Shown here piece by piece: positions 1-11,395 of a stretch of DNA of 64,000 nt. A model generated the notes under the pieces. That model had not been told where the DNA came from. It saw only the letters and a list, made by a program, of their open reading frames with translations, and did no database searches. Both the position numbers and the translations under genes were made by a program. Position 1 is the stretch's first letter, and every line of letters starts with the position of its first letter. Location: NCBI RefSeq assembly GCF_036321535.1, contig NC_087447.1, forward strand, positions 36,148,001 through 36,212,000, given 5' to 3'. The DNA is from Camelus dromedarius (lineage: Eukaryota).

Positions 1-2470
1 GGCAAAGCACAAATCATAGATAGTTATGTTAAGAACTACTAAGTAGTTTATTAGGGGGAAATAACATTGCTTTTTATTAAACATGTCTTTAAAGCCTTTT
101 CCAGAATAAGTGCCAGTCACTGAAGTTGTAAATAATGGTGCCTTAACTTCATATGCTTCTTTGGCACTTCATTCTGATTTTTTTTTTGTAACTTGATAAA
201 TAATTGTAAGTAGTTTTCACTCACTTTTTACTAAACAGAAGAAATCATATACACTTACTAATGTTTTTCCCACAGAAAGATCTTTTTCTCTACTTCTGAT
301 ATGTGACTTAGTTATTTAAGTATCAGCCATTTGATTTATGTTTTTGTTGTCCAGTAACTGAATGAGGTTCACTGACAAAGCTATACACTAAATTCCACCA
401 TTCCATTATAATCCTACATTTATTCCTAGGAGTGTGAGTTGAAGTTTGATAATTTTACCTTCATACATCTAGACTCCACTCTCTTATTAAACAAGGGAAG
501 ATGTTCACCTATGTGCCCATTCCTGTTAGGTAGAAGAACTCCATGAGTAGAGCAGCCTCTTCACAAGAGACCCAGGACAAGAATTCTAGGGTCCAGATCG
601 AATTTTAATGTAGAACTTTATGACAAAATTTGTCTTGTAAGCTGTCTTACTTACATTTGTAAACACTGTGCATTCACATGAATTACCTTCCTTAATATAA
701 TGGGATTCAGAAGCACAAGGGACATGATTGAAATTATTCTACAGTAACCAGTAAGATTCATTTTTATTAGTTATTCATTCAACTTTACCCATAATTTTGT
801 GTTTAGTTTGGATAAATAGGTTTGTATATTCTCATGTCTAGAATAGAAAATCAGACATTTTTTAAATGGTAAGAGATTGTAGCAGTCTGGTTGCTGTGAG
901 ATAACTGACAAAATATGCAATGAAAAATATCAAGAAAGAAAGGACAATCTCCGATTCAGTTGCCCAGAACAGAATTTTATGAACTATGTAAATGTTTGAT
1001 ATAAATGGTGATATACCTGCAGAACAGATATAGAAGAGTTGACGATGTATCAGTGGGACAGGTTATAAAAAAAACTTGAAATTTTCGGTGCCTAACACTA
1101 ACGGTCCATTTGTAGGAAACCCCATGAGGATGATTTATGAATGTCTTTTTTTTAATTTTATGTTAAGATGTATTGTCTATTTAATAAGTTAATTAAAATG
1201 CAGATCAAAGCCGTTTATTTGCTTTTTCCATATACGGTTAACATTTCCTTAAAGTGTATAAGTAGCTTTGCAAATGTAAAGAAGTACTAGATATTTTCAC
1301 TTAAGTTTTTGAGACCTAATTCCATTCCATGAGTTGTCACTTAGCCACTGTTTAAAAACAAACAAAAAAAAGTACTGTCTTAGTAAAAGGTCATTGTTAA
1401 TTGGACTCAATGTATACTGCCTATTTGCAGTCTGTTACAGCAGTGTCTTTTACACAAATAACAGAGCTAGAAATACAATACCACTTTTCAATGACAAGAA
1501 ATATGGATTCTTATCTAAAAGTGTATATTATGATTAATATTGTACAGTTTAACCAGAGTTCAGAAGAAGTGGTAATGTTTTCTCTTAATTTAATTCATTA
1601 TGTGCCTTCTTTGGTTATTAATAAACACACAAACATGCTTCACATATATTTTAAATGTAAGTTATTTCTTTATGAAATGCTAATCTTAGCCCTTACTGCT
1701 CCCCCCTCCCAGAAAATTGACAGAGGCACCTCTTTGCACTACTTACTATCAATAAATTTTAAATCAGTTTTTTTAAAACATTTTTTTAAAGCTTGCAGTA
1801 AAGTAAATCTGAAACAAAAGTTTAAACAAACTGGCGAAGACACTAATTTTTATGTGTAATCACAATGTTTATACCTATCTTTACTGAGTAAAAATAATTA
1901 TGCTACAGGTAGGTCCTACACCAGAAGAATTCTTTCCTCTTGCAGTGTTTGGGATTTGAAAATAATGGTTTACTCAAAGAACCTATTATTTCTCTACTGA
2001 AGAACCCAATGTGGAACTTGCACTGATGTTTTTATTACTGCCTTTATAAGAATCTATAGGTATTTAAATATTAAGGCATGTATGACCTTTGATAAAGTAT
2101 TTTATCTTTTCAAATTAATGTTGTATAAAAGTTTTAATACCTTGCCTTAAATTGGTTGACTGTTCTTTCTGGGATTCAAGTATTGTGGATTTAAAAAAGA
2201 AAACATTCAATTTGATACTTTAGATTAAAAAGGAATGAAATCCCACTATCATAATCCATGGATTCACTTACATGCTGTTTGACTAGCAGTGCAAACATGA
2301 ATGAATATGGCAATTAGTCTCATCTATAAGAACCAAACACTTCAATTATATTATGGTAGTTAGTAGAGATGTATAATATTTTTATTAATATCTTGAATAT
2401 ATTCAGTGGACTGAATGTGACTTCATAACTGTACTATGATTGTATTAAAATATTTCTAGAACAAAGGATC
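1..2470 (+). other. PIK3C2A: Distal 3' UTR of the upstream gene, probably PIK3C2A
   Basis: AT-rich stretch without obvious interspersed repeats; AATAAA at 1620-1625 and 1751-1756, ATTAAA at 2444-2449; several miRNA seed matches. The gene name is inferred only from the recalled mammalian order PIK3C2A-RPS13-PLEKHA7 on one strand; no coding exon is in the window. Confidence 0.65.
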
Positions 2471-3369
2471 TCTGCTATTATTTCTTTCCTCATCAACATT
2501 AACATTTTTGGTTCCAAACTTTAATATGAGCTGTTAACTGTTCTTTGCGTCTCACCCAGGAATTTATTAGGTTCAAATAATCCTGAATTTCAGACTGGCC
2601 TGTCATTTGCCCCTAAAAATATCCAAGTAGAGTGTCTAGAAGGTATGGACTGCCACTTAACTAGAACCCCATTACCATTTCATAGAAGTGAAATGCTTCT
2701 GTGAGTATGGTCCTTGGATTTAGTAGTTTATTCAAGTATTAAATAGTAGGGTAATATAGCCATATTATAGACATACCTACAGAACAGGCAAATGTTGACT
2801 CATAATACCATACCTCCATCCTGGAATGATACCATTGAGACTGTGGTTCTCTGACCCTAGAGGTAACATGTAAAAGAGCCCAGAGACCATGAAAGAGCAG
2901 GAAATTAGAGCCAGTTACTTTGGTTGATAAACTCAGTTTCTATCAGGTAAAACAAAAACAAAAACACCTTTATTTTACCCTTACTCTTTGGAACACTTTA
3001 TCATGTAAATTTTAGACATGTACAAAGTTACAGGACAGTATAATGTCCTCCATGAATGAATCCCATCCCACACCTTCAACAGTTACCTTAAGGTTAATCT
3101 TGTTTGAGCTATGTTAATTAGGATGTGCCTAGGTGTAGATATCATTTTTTCTACTTGGGACCTTAAATGTATGGATCAGTAACTTTCTTCAGTTTTCAAT
3201 AATTTATTATGACTTCTTTTCCAGTTGACTACGTCTTTCTTCAACTGTTTAACCTCTCCATTGAGCATTTATTTTGGTTATTGTATTTGTCACTTCTAGA
3301 ACAACTGTTTGGTTATTTTTGTTTGTTTCAATCATGACCAAGAAGGAAAAACACAAGACTGCCAAGATC

Positions 3370-3610
3370 AGTGAAGAAAGAATAGTTTTTTTCAACTAGT
3401 GGTGCTGGGAGAATAAGATAACCATGTGCAAAAGAATGAAGTAGGACACTTGCAGCATATACAAAAATTAATTCAAAATGGACCCAAGACCTAAACATTA
3501 CTAAAATTAAAAAACTCTTAGAAGAAAACATAGGTGTATATCTTTGAAACCTAGGATTAGACAGTTTAAGTATGTACAAAAAGCACAAACTACAAAAGAA
3601 AAAGATAATG
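3370..3610 (+). mobile_element. LINE-1 ORF2 fragment (old L1M-type)
   Basis: Typical L1 ORF2 phrases: tggtgctgggagaa, atacaaaaattaattcaaaatgga, aaaactcttagaagaaaacatagg. Confidence 0.75.
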
Positions 3611-3639
3611 ATAAAAATAAAGATACCCTATGAGGATAA

Positions 3640-4320
3640 TCAGTAAGATACTGTGTTGGGAGGGAGAAGATCTCCTTTAGTCTTCCTCAGGGAAGTCCTC
3701 TCTGAAATGACACAGAGGCCAGGATCTGAAAGCCAGATCTGAGAAAATCTTGGAGAAGAGCACTTCAGGGAGTGGTAACAGGAAGAGGAAAGGAACACGC
3801 TTGTTACCTTGGAGGTTAAGAAAGAAATGTGGCTGGAGCGTTTAGAACCAAGGGGATTTTGGTAAGAGGTCAGGGGTTTGGATTTTACTCTAAATGCACT
3901 GAGAAAGTATGGTAGAGATTTATTCAGGGGAATAATAATCTGATTTAAGTTTTCTTAGATCACTCTGACAACTGGGTGGAGAATAGGTTACATGTGTTTG
4001 GGGTGGGCACATGAGTAAAAGCACAAATTGCATGGATACCAGAGTTCCCCAGGTGAGAGATGATGGTGGCTTGGATTAGGGGTAGCAGCGGAAACAAGTG
4101 AATGTATTCGTGATATATTTTTGTGATAGAGCTGAGATGACTCTTAAACGGAATAAGACGAGGAAACATTGAGACTCAAGGTTTATGGTTTGAGTAAATG
4201 GGTAGTGTTTAATTGATAAAGGATCTGGAGTAGGTAGGTAGGGGTGGAGATTGGGAATTGGAGCCATGTTAAAGTGAGATACCTACCCCATATCTGGGCT
4301 AAAGATGTAAATTTAGCTAA
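3640..4320 (-). mobile_element. Degenerate LINE-2 fragment
   Basis: Purine-rich antisense L2 phrases (ggattttactctaaatgcactgaga, gagagatgatggtggcttggattagg). Boundaries approximate. Confidence 0.6.
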
Positions 4321-5512
4321 TGATAAGAATGTATCTTTGCTAGGGAAAAAAAAAGATTACTCAATTTGAATGAAATTCCTAATGCTTTGGGGAAAATTAC
4401 TCATCAAGTAGTGACATGGAAAGAGTGGTGATGAATGCTTCAATGCTTAAGGTTTCTTTAAAATCTAACCAATTACTTTAGACCTGTAGACAGTAATTTC
4501 TCTGACCTTCCTCCTCCCCGATGTCACGCAGTATTTGAACAAGCTCCTTCATTTGCCCATTTTTTCAACGCATTCCTGTGTAACAGCACTGAGTCTTAAA
4601 AGAGTTTCAGTGGCAGTTTCCTTGTGCCAACAACTTCAAATGCCTCATTTTCCCCTTCATCCGCCCCACTTCCCTTCACCTCCCTACATCCAGCTCCGGC
4701 CTTTGCCATCGTGTTCCCAAGGTTCTTCCATGTTCACCAACTCTCTCACTCCGGATGCGGCTCCATTGCCCAACACTTCTCCCGGCCGAAACTAGCGCCC
4801 CAAGCAACGCCCCACAGCCCAGTGTAGAGGAGAGTGACGAGGTCTCAAGTGGTGGGCTGGGTATAGGGTAGAGGTCCGCCAGGGCCTAGTTCAAGTCCCT
4901 CCGCAGGTTAGTCTCCGTAGTCAATGATCCCTCCCTTGAAAGATAAGAAATGGTATTGCTAGGCAAGGCAGTAGCCACTACCATTACTTCCAGTGAAGCA
5001 CTTATCACCTTAGTATTTATTGTACCTGCAAATATTTCAAAAGCAGGGACAGACTCTGAGGTCTTCAGTGCCGAGACATGGCCTGGCGCTAGTGAATGAA
5101 CAACTGTGTAGGTATGAACGTCAGGAGCCCAAATTCGCTAGGCGGCAAGAGCGCGCAGATAGTGGCCTTCCATAAGGCGGGGACCAAATCCACCAACCCG
5201 TGCAGTCATATCTGCTCTGCGCACTCCTAGTCCGGGATCCGAATTTGCACAACCTCACTGCAGTCAGCTTGTCTTGCAAGTGAACAGACGCGTGGGGAGG
5301 AGGGCTCTTTTTCCCGCTCCGGCGTGTAGCCGCCTCAAAGACCAATGCATGCCGGGATATGTAGTCCACGTTGAAATGCATTTCGGGCTATGTAGTTACG
5401 CCGACGCCGGAAATACGTAGCTCAGCCCCGCCTCCTGCGGACGAGGAAGTAGCGGCGTGTTGCGTCACTTCCTGCGCGGAGGGTAGCTTCCTGCGGCGTT
5501 CCCAGCCTCGTT

Positions 5513-5521
5513 CTCTTTTTC
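5513..5521 (+). promoter_or_regulatory. RPS13: 5' terminal oligopyrimidine tract / TCT initiator
   Basis: CTCTTTTTC ending about 20 nt upstream of the ATG at 5542; hallmark of ribosomal protein mRNA starts. Confidence 0.85.
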
Positions 5522-5541
5522 GCTGCCGGACCGTCGCCATC

Positions 5542-5564
5542 ATGGGTCGCATGCACGCTCCCGG
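5542..5564 (+). CDS. RPS13: 40S ribosomal protein S13 (uS15), exon 1
   Basis: ATG in gccatcATGG context; MGRMHAP(G); 23 nt followed by donor GTGAGC. Confidence 0.98.
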
Positions 5565-5710
5565 GTGAGCCCAGGTTTCTGAGCGGGTTACAGGGCTGGA
5601 TCCGGGGGTGGAGACAAAGGAGGCGGTGTGGACAACGGGTCGAGGGGGTGAAGTTCTGGGCTGCTGTGGCATGGGCCGCCTCCTCACCCCCAGACTGCTT
5701 CTCTCCCCAG

Positions 5711-5759
5711 GAAGGGCCTGTCCCAGTCAGCTCTGCCCTACCGCCGCAGCGTACCGACC
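5711..5759 (+). CDS. RPS13: RPS13 exon 2
   Basis: Acceptor ctctccccag; KGLSQSALPYRRSVPT; donor GTAAGT; 49 nt. Confidence 0.98.
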
Positions 5760-5918
5760 GTAAGTAACATGGGGGGACCGAGGAGAGGTCGGGAGGGGGT
5801 GCCATTCGTCGTTCCGGAGAAGCGGCGTGGGGATGGAGACCACGTGTGCACGAGGAGCGCGGTTTTGACTCGGAGGGGATCGCTATGCTTCGGTACCATC
5901 CCCAGTTTCTCTTTCTGA

Positions 5919-6041
<123 letters not shown>

Positions 6042-6570
6042 TAGCGCTTTCCGCCTGCCCTTGCATAACTTGCTGAAATAGACTGACAGTAAATGTGTCT
6101 CAAGTGGCCTGAAAATTTTCTGCCCATTTTCCTGTCGTTACTGTTGATGATGACCGAGGTCTAGCCTTCATCTGCTGAACTCAAGTTCTTACTTGGGAGA
6201 CGGTAAAATGATTAAAATGCTTACCAAAATCTAATCAGCGTTCACTTTGGGCTAGGCACTGCCTGCTCTGGGTGCATGATTTTATGCACTTTACCTGTAC
6301 TGTCCTCGTTTAATTCTGATAGCCAGACTTAAAATACTTTCAGTAAATGCTAGTAGTTTTCCCTGTCTTAAGTTGAGGAAACTGAGGCACATTGCAGCTA
6401 TACAACTAGCCCCAAATCAGATTGGCTACTCAGAGTGCTCATCACACTTGCTCACAAGATGGTGGAGGTATCATACACAACAGGGAACATGTAATAGATT
6501 GTTAGGTGGTGAGATGGTGCTATTATGAAGAATACCATTGATTCCCTTGGTAGCCTGTAGTTCAGCAAGC

Positions 6571-6662
6571 TCACTATGATGATGGTTTTCCAACATTCGC
6601 AGTTTCCACCAGAAGGGTTTTTTCTTTGGTGTTGGGTTAACCTTCCTTGGATGTCTGAGTGA
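6571..6662 (+). ncRNA. SNORD14: U14 box C/D snoRNA, intron 3 copy (probably the SNORD14B orthologue)
   Basis: C box ATGATGA 6576-6582; D box CTGA 6655-6658; terminal stem CAAGCTCACT/AGTGAGCTTG; domain A CATTCGCAGTTTC 6594-6606 complementary to 18S GAAACUGCGAAUG; domain B CTTCCTTGGATGT, the 18S methylation guide. The A/B letter is from recalled human positions. Confidence 0.95.
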
Positions 6663-6765
6663 GCTTGGTGTGCTTTCTCACTTTCCTGTTTGTGATGTAT
6701 GAAAGTAAGCCCTGTTTTGACAGGTAAGAAACACGGAAAGTGACTTGATCTCATGCTTGACATAA

Positions 6766-6996
<231 letters not shown>

Positions 6997-7343
6997 TAGA
7001 ACTGCTTGTGCTAACTCATTTCAGTAAAATACAGTGCATCTGATTTGAATTCTCTAAGGTGGCTTAGTGTGCAAACAGGTCACACTGCAGTTGGCTTTGA
7101 AATAAAAATTCTACCAGGAGAGATTTGTAGGGGGAGCTTTGGCTCCCTAGGCGCAGAGTATTCAGTTGGCTGAAAATATTGAGGTGTTTATTTGCATTTT
7201 CTATCATTCCTGTTAAGTCTTCTGGAGCCTTATGAACTTAATCTGGCCACATGAATCTTAGCCTATGATTCTGTTCATTCCTTGGTTGAAATAATGTTTA
7301 GTTTTGAGTAGTTTTCCTGAATTCTATCAACTTTTACTTTTAG

Positions 7344-7444
<101 letters not shown>

Positions 7445-7764
7445 GTAAGTATCAACCTGTTTTTGTTAATGACAAGAGTTGGCCAGATATTAATATAGTA
7501 ATAAAAAGACCTGACAGTAAAAGTTTTAGGCTGAGGATATGTGGTCAATTCTCATAGCAAGAATACAGCCATAGAGGATACATCAACACATGGGTGTGGC
7601 TGTGTTCTTTTGAAACTATTTACGAAGATGAGCAAAGGACATAGTTTGGTATTTGGTAGACTACTGATGTAGAACACAAGCTATTTGACTCCCTTTTAGA
7701 TAGTAAAGTTTCACTTACCTCTGCTCCCAGGTGTGTATGTTACCTTAATTTTTGCATAGATTGC

Positions 7765-7855
7765 TCACTGTGATGATTAATTTCTGGACATTCACAGTTT
7801 CCACCAAAAAGGTTTTTCTTTATGTTCGCTAGTTCTTCCTTGGATGTCTGAGTGA
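7765..7855 (+). ncRNA. SNORD14: U14 box C/D snoRNA, intron 5 copy (probably the SNORD14A orthologue)
   Basis: C box GTGATGA 7770-7776; D box CTGA 7848-7851; terminal stem TGCTCACT/AGTGAGCA; intact domain B TTCCTTGGATGT; domain A variant CATTCACAGTTTC. Confidence 0.92.
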
Positions 7856-8031
7856 GCATCTTTATTCATTGTGCTTGAGCACAGTGAACTGATTCAGGAG
7901 CTCAGGTGCATTTTATATATTTGGGGGTTATTTTAGCTGTTAGGAAACAGCTCTATTTTGAGAGCATCTGAATGAATATGGAGGACTTTTATTAATCCAG
8001 CTCTTCTCCTCTCCCCTCTTTTTCTTTTCAG

Positions 8032-8065
8032 TGAGTCATCCACAGCTTCTGCCCTGGTTGCATAA
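8032..8065 (+). CDS. RPS13: RPS13 exon 6, coding part to TAA
   Basis: Long pyrimidine tract plus CAG; (Y)ESSTASALVA*. The exons sum to 23+49+79+170+101+34 = 456 nt = 151 aa plus stop. Confidence 0.98.
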
Positions 8066-8083
8066 ATTTGTGTGTACTCAAGC

Positions 8084-8130
8084 AATAAAATCATTGTTTA
8101 AGTAGAAGCATGTTTTGTGTTTCTTTCCCT
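8084..8130 (+). terminator. RPS13: RPS13 polyadenylation signal and downstream GU/U-rich element
   Basis: AATAAA 8084-8089, 18 nt after the stop; tgttttgtgtttctttccct at 8111-8130. Confidence 0.9.
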
Positions 8131-10867
8131 TACAAAATTGTCTGGTTTGTGTTTTCTTTTTTGATTTGGAAGTGTTTTAGCAGAATTAGAATTGTGTGGT
8201 ATCACAGGGAGCAATAAGATAATACCTCTTCACTGCTCAACTAGGTGAGCAGTTGATACCTTTATGAGCAGTTGCTGTATACACGGTGGGTGGTGGGTAG
8301 TGGAAGAAATTAGGAAGTAGTGACTTACTGTTCTGATGTTATGGCAGAAATGTTTCTGAGTAATTTTGATACACTTAGATGTATTTGAGGTAGATCTGTG
8401 ATAGATGTTATCCATAGTATAATGTTAGACATACATGAAGGTTTCTCTGGGGGGCTGGGCATGTTTAGTATGGACAGACATCAGGGGCAGTCCCAGTCTT
8501 GCAGGTGAAGTTTAAAGTTTAAAAGATGAGGAAGAAGGGATTCAAGGAACGATAAGCAAGCACAGTTGGAGCAGAGGGAGCAGGAAGACCTACCTAAGAT
8601 GAGCTCAGGTCCCTGAGCCTTGCAACTTTTGGGTGGGTTAGAATAAAATTTATGTACCTCAGTGTTGTCAGAATATTCCATTTAATTCTTAAAACCTAAC
8701 TAATGAGGTATATGGGTATCCTGTTGAAAGAGGCAGCCTTGGACAACTGGAGTGAGTTTAAGGTTGAAGACCAGTAAATGAGAAGATCAGGTCTAGCTGG
8801 TTTGCAGAGCCATACTCTAGAATTCAGAAAAAGTTAAGCAGGCCATACATATATACTACCTTATTTTCTAAGTGTTTATCACTTGGATATATTTAATAGT
8901 AAGCTTTTTACTTAAGCTTTACCCAAAGCAGTAAAATCAAAGTTGTGTTTGAAATCACTCTAAGGCAAAGTCCCGTGTATTCAAGAAACCCAGTCTTACA
9001 ACTAGCATTGATGTCCTGTGGGGTGCCAGGCTCTGGGGGTAACAGACACCTTGTTCTTTAGGACACTTCACATACTTGCTCTGTGCGGGGTATGCTGCTC
9101 TCTGTGCTCTGATGGGTACGTAAACTGGTTCATCCCCACCTCCTGATGGGCTCACAAACAGTTTTGGGGAAACAGGAATGGAATAAGCCAGTTTCAGTAT
9201 TTTACCCAATTCTTACCTAGTGTTAGATGTGAATTCCTGATCCCTGTGCTTTTGTGTTCATGTCGTAAAAGTGGCTAACCGTCATGAACCAAATAATAAA
9301 CTTACTGTAATAAGGCAAACATCTCCAAGAGTGGTGAACAAGTAAAAGAACGTAACAACAGCATGATGCTTTGAAAACCCCAGTTAAGCTAGGCAAATGG
9401 GTATTGATGGTTCTGGACCCAAAACTGGTCAGTAGTAGTAGATTTGATGTTTCAAAGCATCTCTAGGTTTTAATTACAAGAAGTATTTATATCTTTATAA
9501 TTCTTGCCATCAAACCAAAAGAATTACTGCAAATACTAAATGTGACTACATGTTGGGAGGTTTTTTAATGCATTAAGCAATATACTTGGTTTTAAACAAT
9601 AAGGAAATGTAAAAACCACCTGCAGTCCTTTTGAGTGTGGGCAGAGGATTCAAACTTGGTTTTTGGAAACAGCCCTGCTACTTAAAAGGCTGTGTGGTTT
9701 AGGGGGTCTGATCTCAATCTCTAAATTACTGTGAGGATCACATGAGGTTCTTAATATGTGGCAGTAGTTAAATCATTCAGAGAAAATTTTAACAATCCCT
9801 TCAGTGACCATCCCTCCAGACCACTTCCTGTTAATGTAATCACAGGCGCTTTTTGCACATGGGTATTATGATTGTCATTCCATAGTCTTCACTTGTTACG
9901 TCCTGGTTTTGGGTATTTCATAGAAGATGTTATGTACTCTTGTCCTGTTGTCTTGAGATAAATTTCCAGAAACAGGATCTTTGGTATGTATATTTTATAT
10001 TTTGTGTGTTTTGCAGAACTCATGTGTACTGATACGTACTCAAAAAGTGCATGAGTGTCATTTCTTTACATCCTCTTAAAATTGTTTTTGTTTACATCTT
10101 TAAGAAACTGATATTCTCCTTTACCTCTTTGATGGCTAATGAATATTGTACATTTACTTTTTGTGAATTGCCTATGGGGACCCTATTCCAGTTTCTCTTT
10201 CAGAACACTGTTATTAACCCTTTATCATGTGTTACAAATATTTTCCCCAGCTTATTCTTTGTCCTTTGATCTTATGGTCTTTTTGCTGTGTAAGTCTAAG
10301 AATTCTGGACACTGTCCCTGATGTTTTTCCTTAATGATCTTTTTCTTTTTTAAATGGATCATTAATTAAGTTATTTGGGGGGGGTTCTCCCTTCTGTTAA
10401 ATATAGTATGGTCTTCATCTGTCTTGTAGACTTAGACATTCATTCTTCCTTTTCAAACGAGAGCTCCCATATGCTTTTTCTTAGTCACATCTATTTTGAC
10501 AGTTGGAATCAGCATATGCATATTATTTGTCCAAATCTACCCATATGTGAGCTCCTAGGATTTGAAGGTTTCCTTTAACAACTGTTCTCTTCATTTAAAA
10601 ATAGTCCTTTCTTCAAATGGCAGGAGTTTGTCTTATTTTTTAATTGAAGTTATGCATATATTTGATTTTATGAGACTTATGACTAAAAATAGTCCCTTTC
10701 CTTTTGCAGCCTAAAGTCCAGGGCAACCACTTCAACTCCACTATTTTTCTTCTTTTTTGTTGTTTTTAAATTTTGTTTTTATTGACATGTAGCTGATTAA
10801 CAATGTTAGTTTCAGGGGTACTCAGCTGTTTTTCTGACATACAGTATGCCTTCTTATTTCTAAATAA

Positions 10868-11395
10868 CTTTTTTTTTTTTCCTAAATTGAGGTGAAATTT
10901 ACATATAAAATTCATCACTTTAAAGTGAAAAATTCAGTGGCATTTAGTACATTCATAATGTGCAACAACCACTCCTATCTAGTTCCAAAACATTTTCATA
11001 ACCCCAAAATAAAACCCCTTACTCAAAGCATTTACTCCTCATTCTCCTCTCCCCTCCAGCCCTTGGCAACTACCAGTCTGCTTTCTTTTCCTATGGGTTT
11101 ACCTATTCTGAATATATCATATAAATGGAATTATACAACGTATGACCTTTTATGTTTGGCTTTCACTTAGCATGATGCTTTTGGGGCTCACTGACGTAGC
11201 ATGTGTTTGTATGTCATTTTTATGGCTAATATCCCACCTTATGTTTATACCATAATTCTTTTATATATTCATCAGCAGATGGATATTTAGATTACATCTA
11301 TCTTTTGGCTATTTTGAATAGTGCTGCTATAAACATTCATGTACATGTACTTGTTTCCAGTCCTTTTGGATATATACTTGGAAGTGGAATTGCTC
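10868..11395 (-). mobile_element. LINE-1 3' end (L1MA/MB-like), antisense
   Basis: Poly-T followed by aattgaggtgaaattt...gtggcatttagtacattcataatgtgcaacaaccac...ggaagtggaattgct. Confidence 0.8.

Larger units (their letters stand above)
5120..5900 (+). promoter_or_regulatory. RPS13: RPS13 CpG-island promoter
   Basis: CpG-dense; CCAAT 5342-5346; ETS/GABP-type cores CCGGAAA 5407-5413, AGGAAGT 5444-5450, ACTTCCT 5467-5473; two ACTAYRnnnCCCR motifs on the - strand; no clear TATA box. Confidence 0.85.

Noticed and set aside
1401..1859. 152-aa ORF
   Set aside because: Starts at TTG, lies in AT-rich UTR-like sequence, and has no recognisable domain or exon structure.
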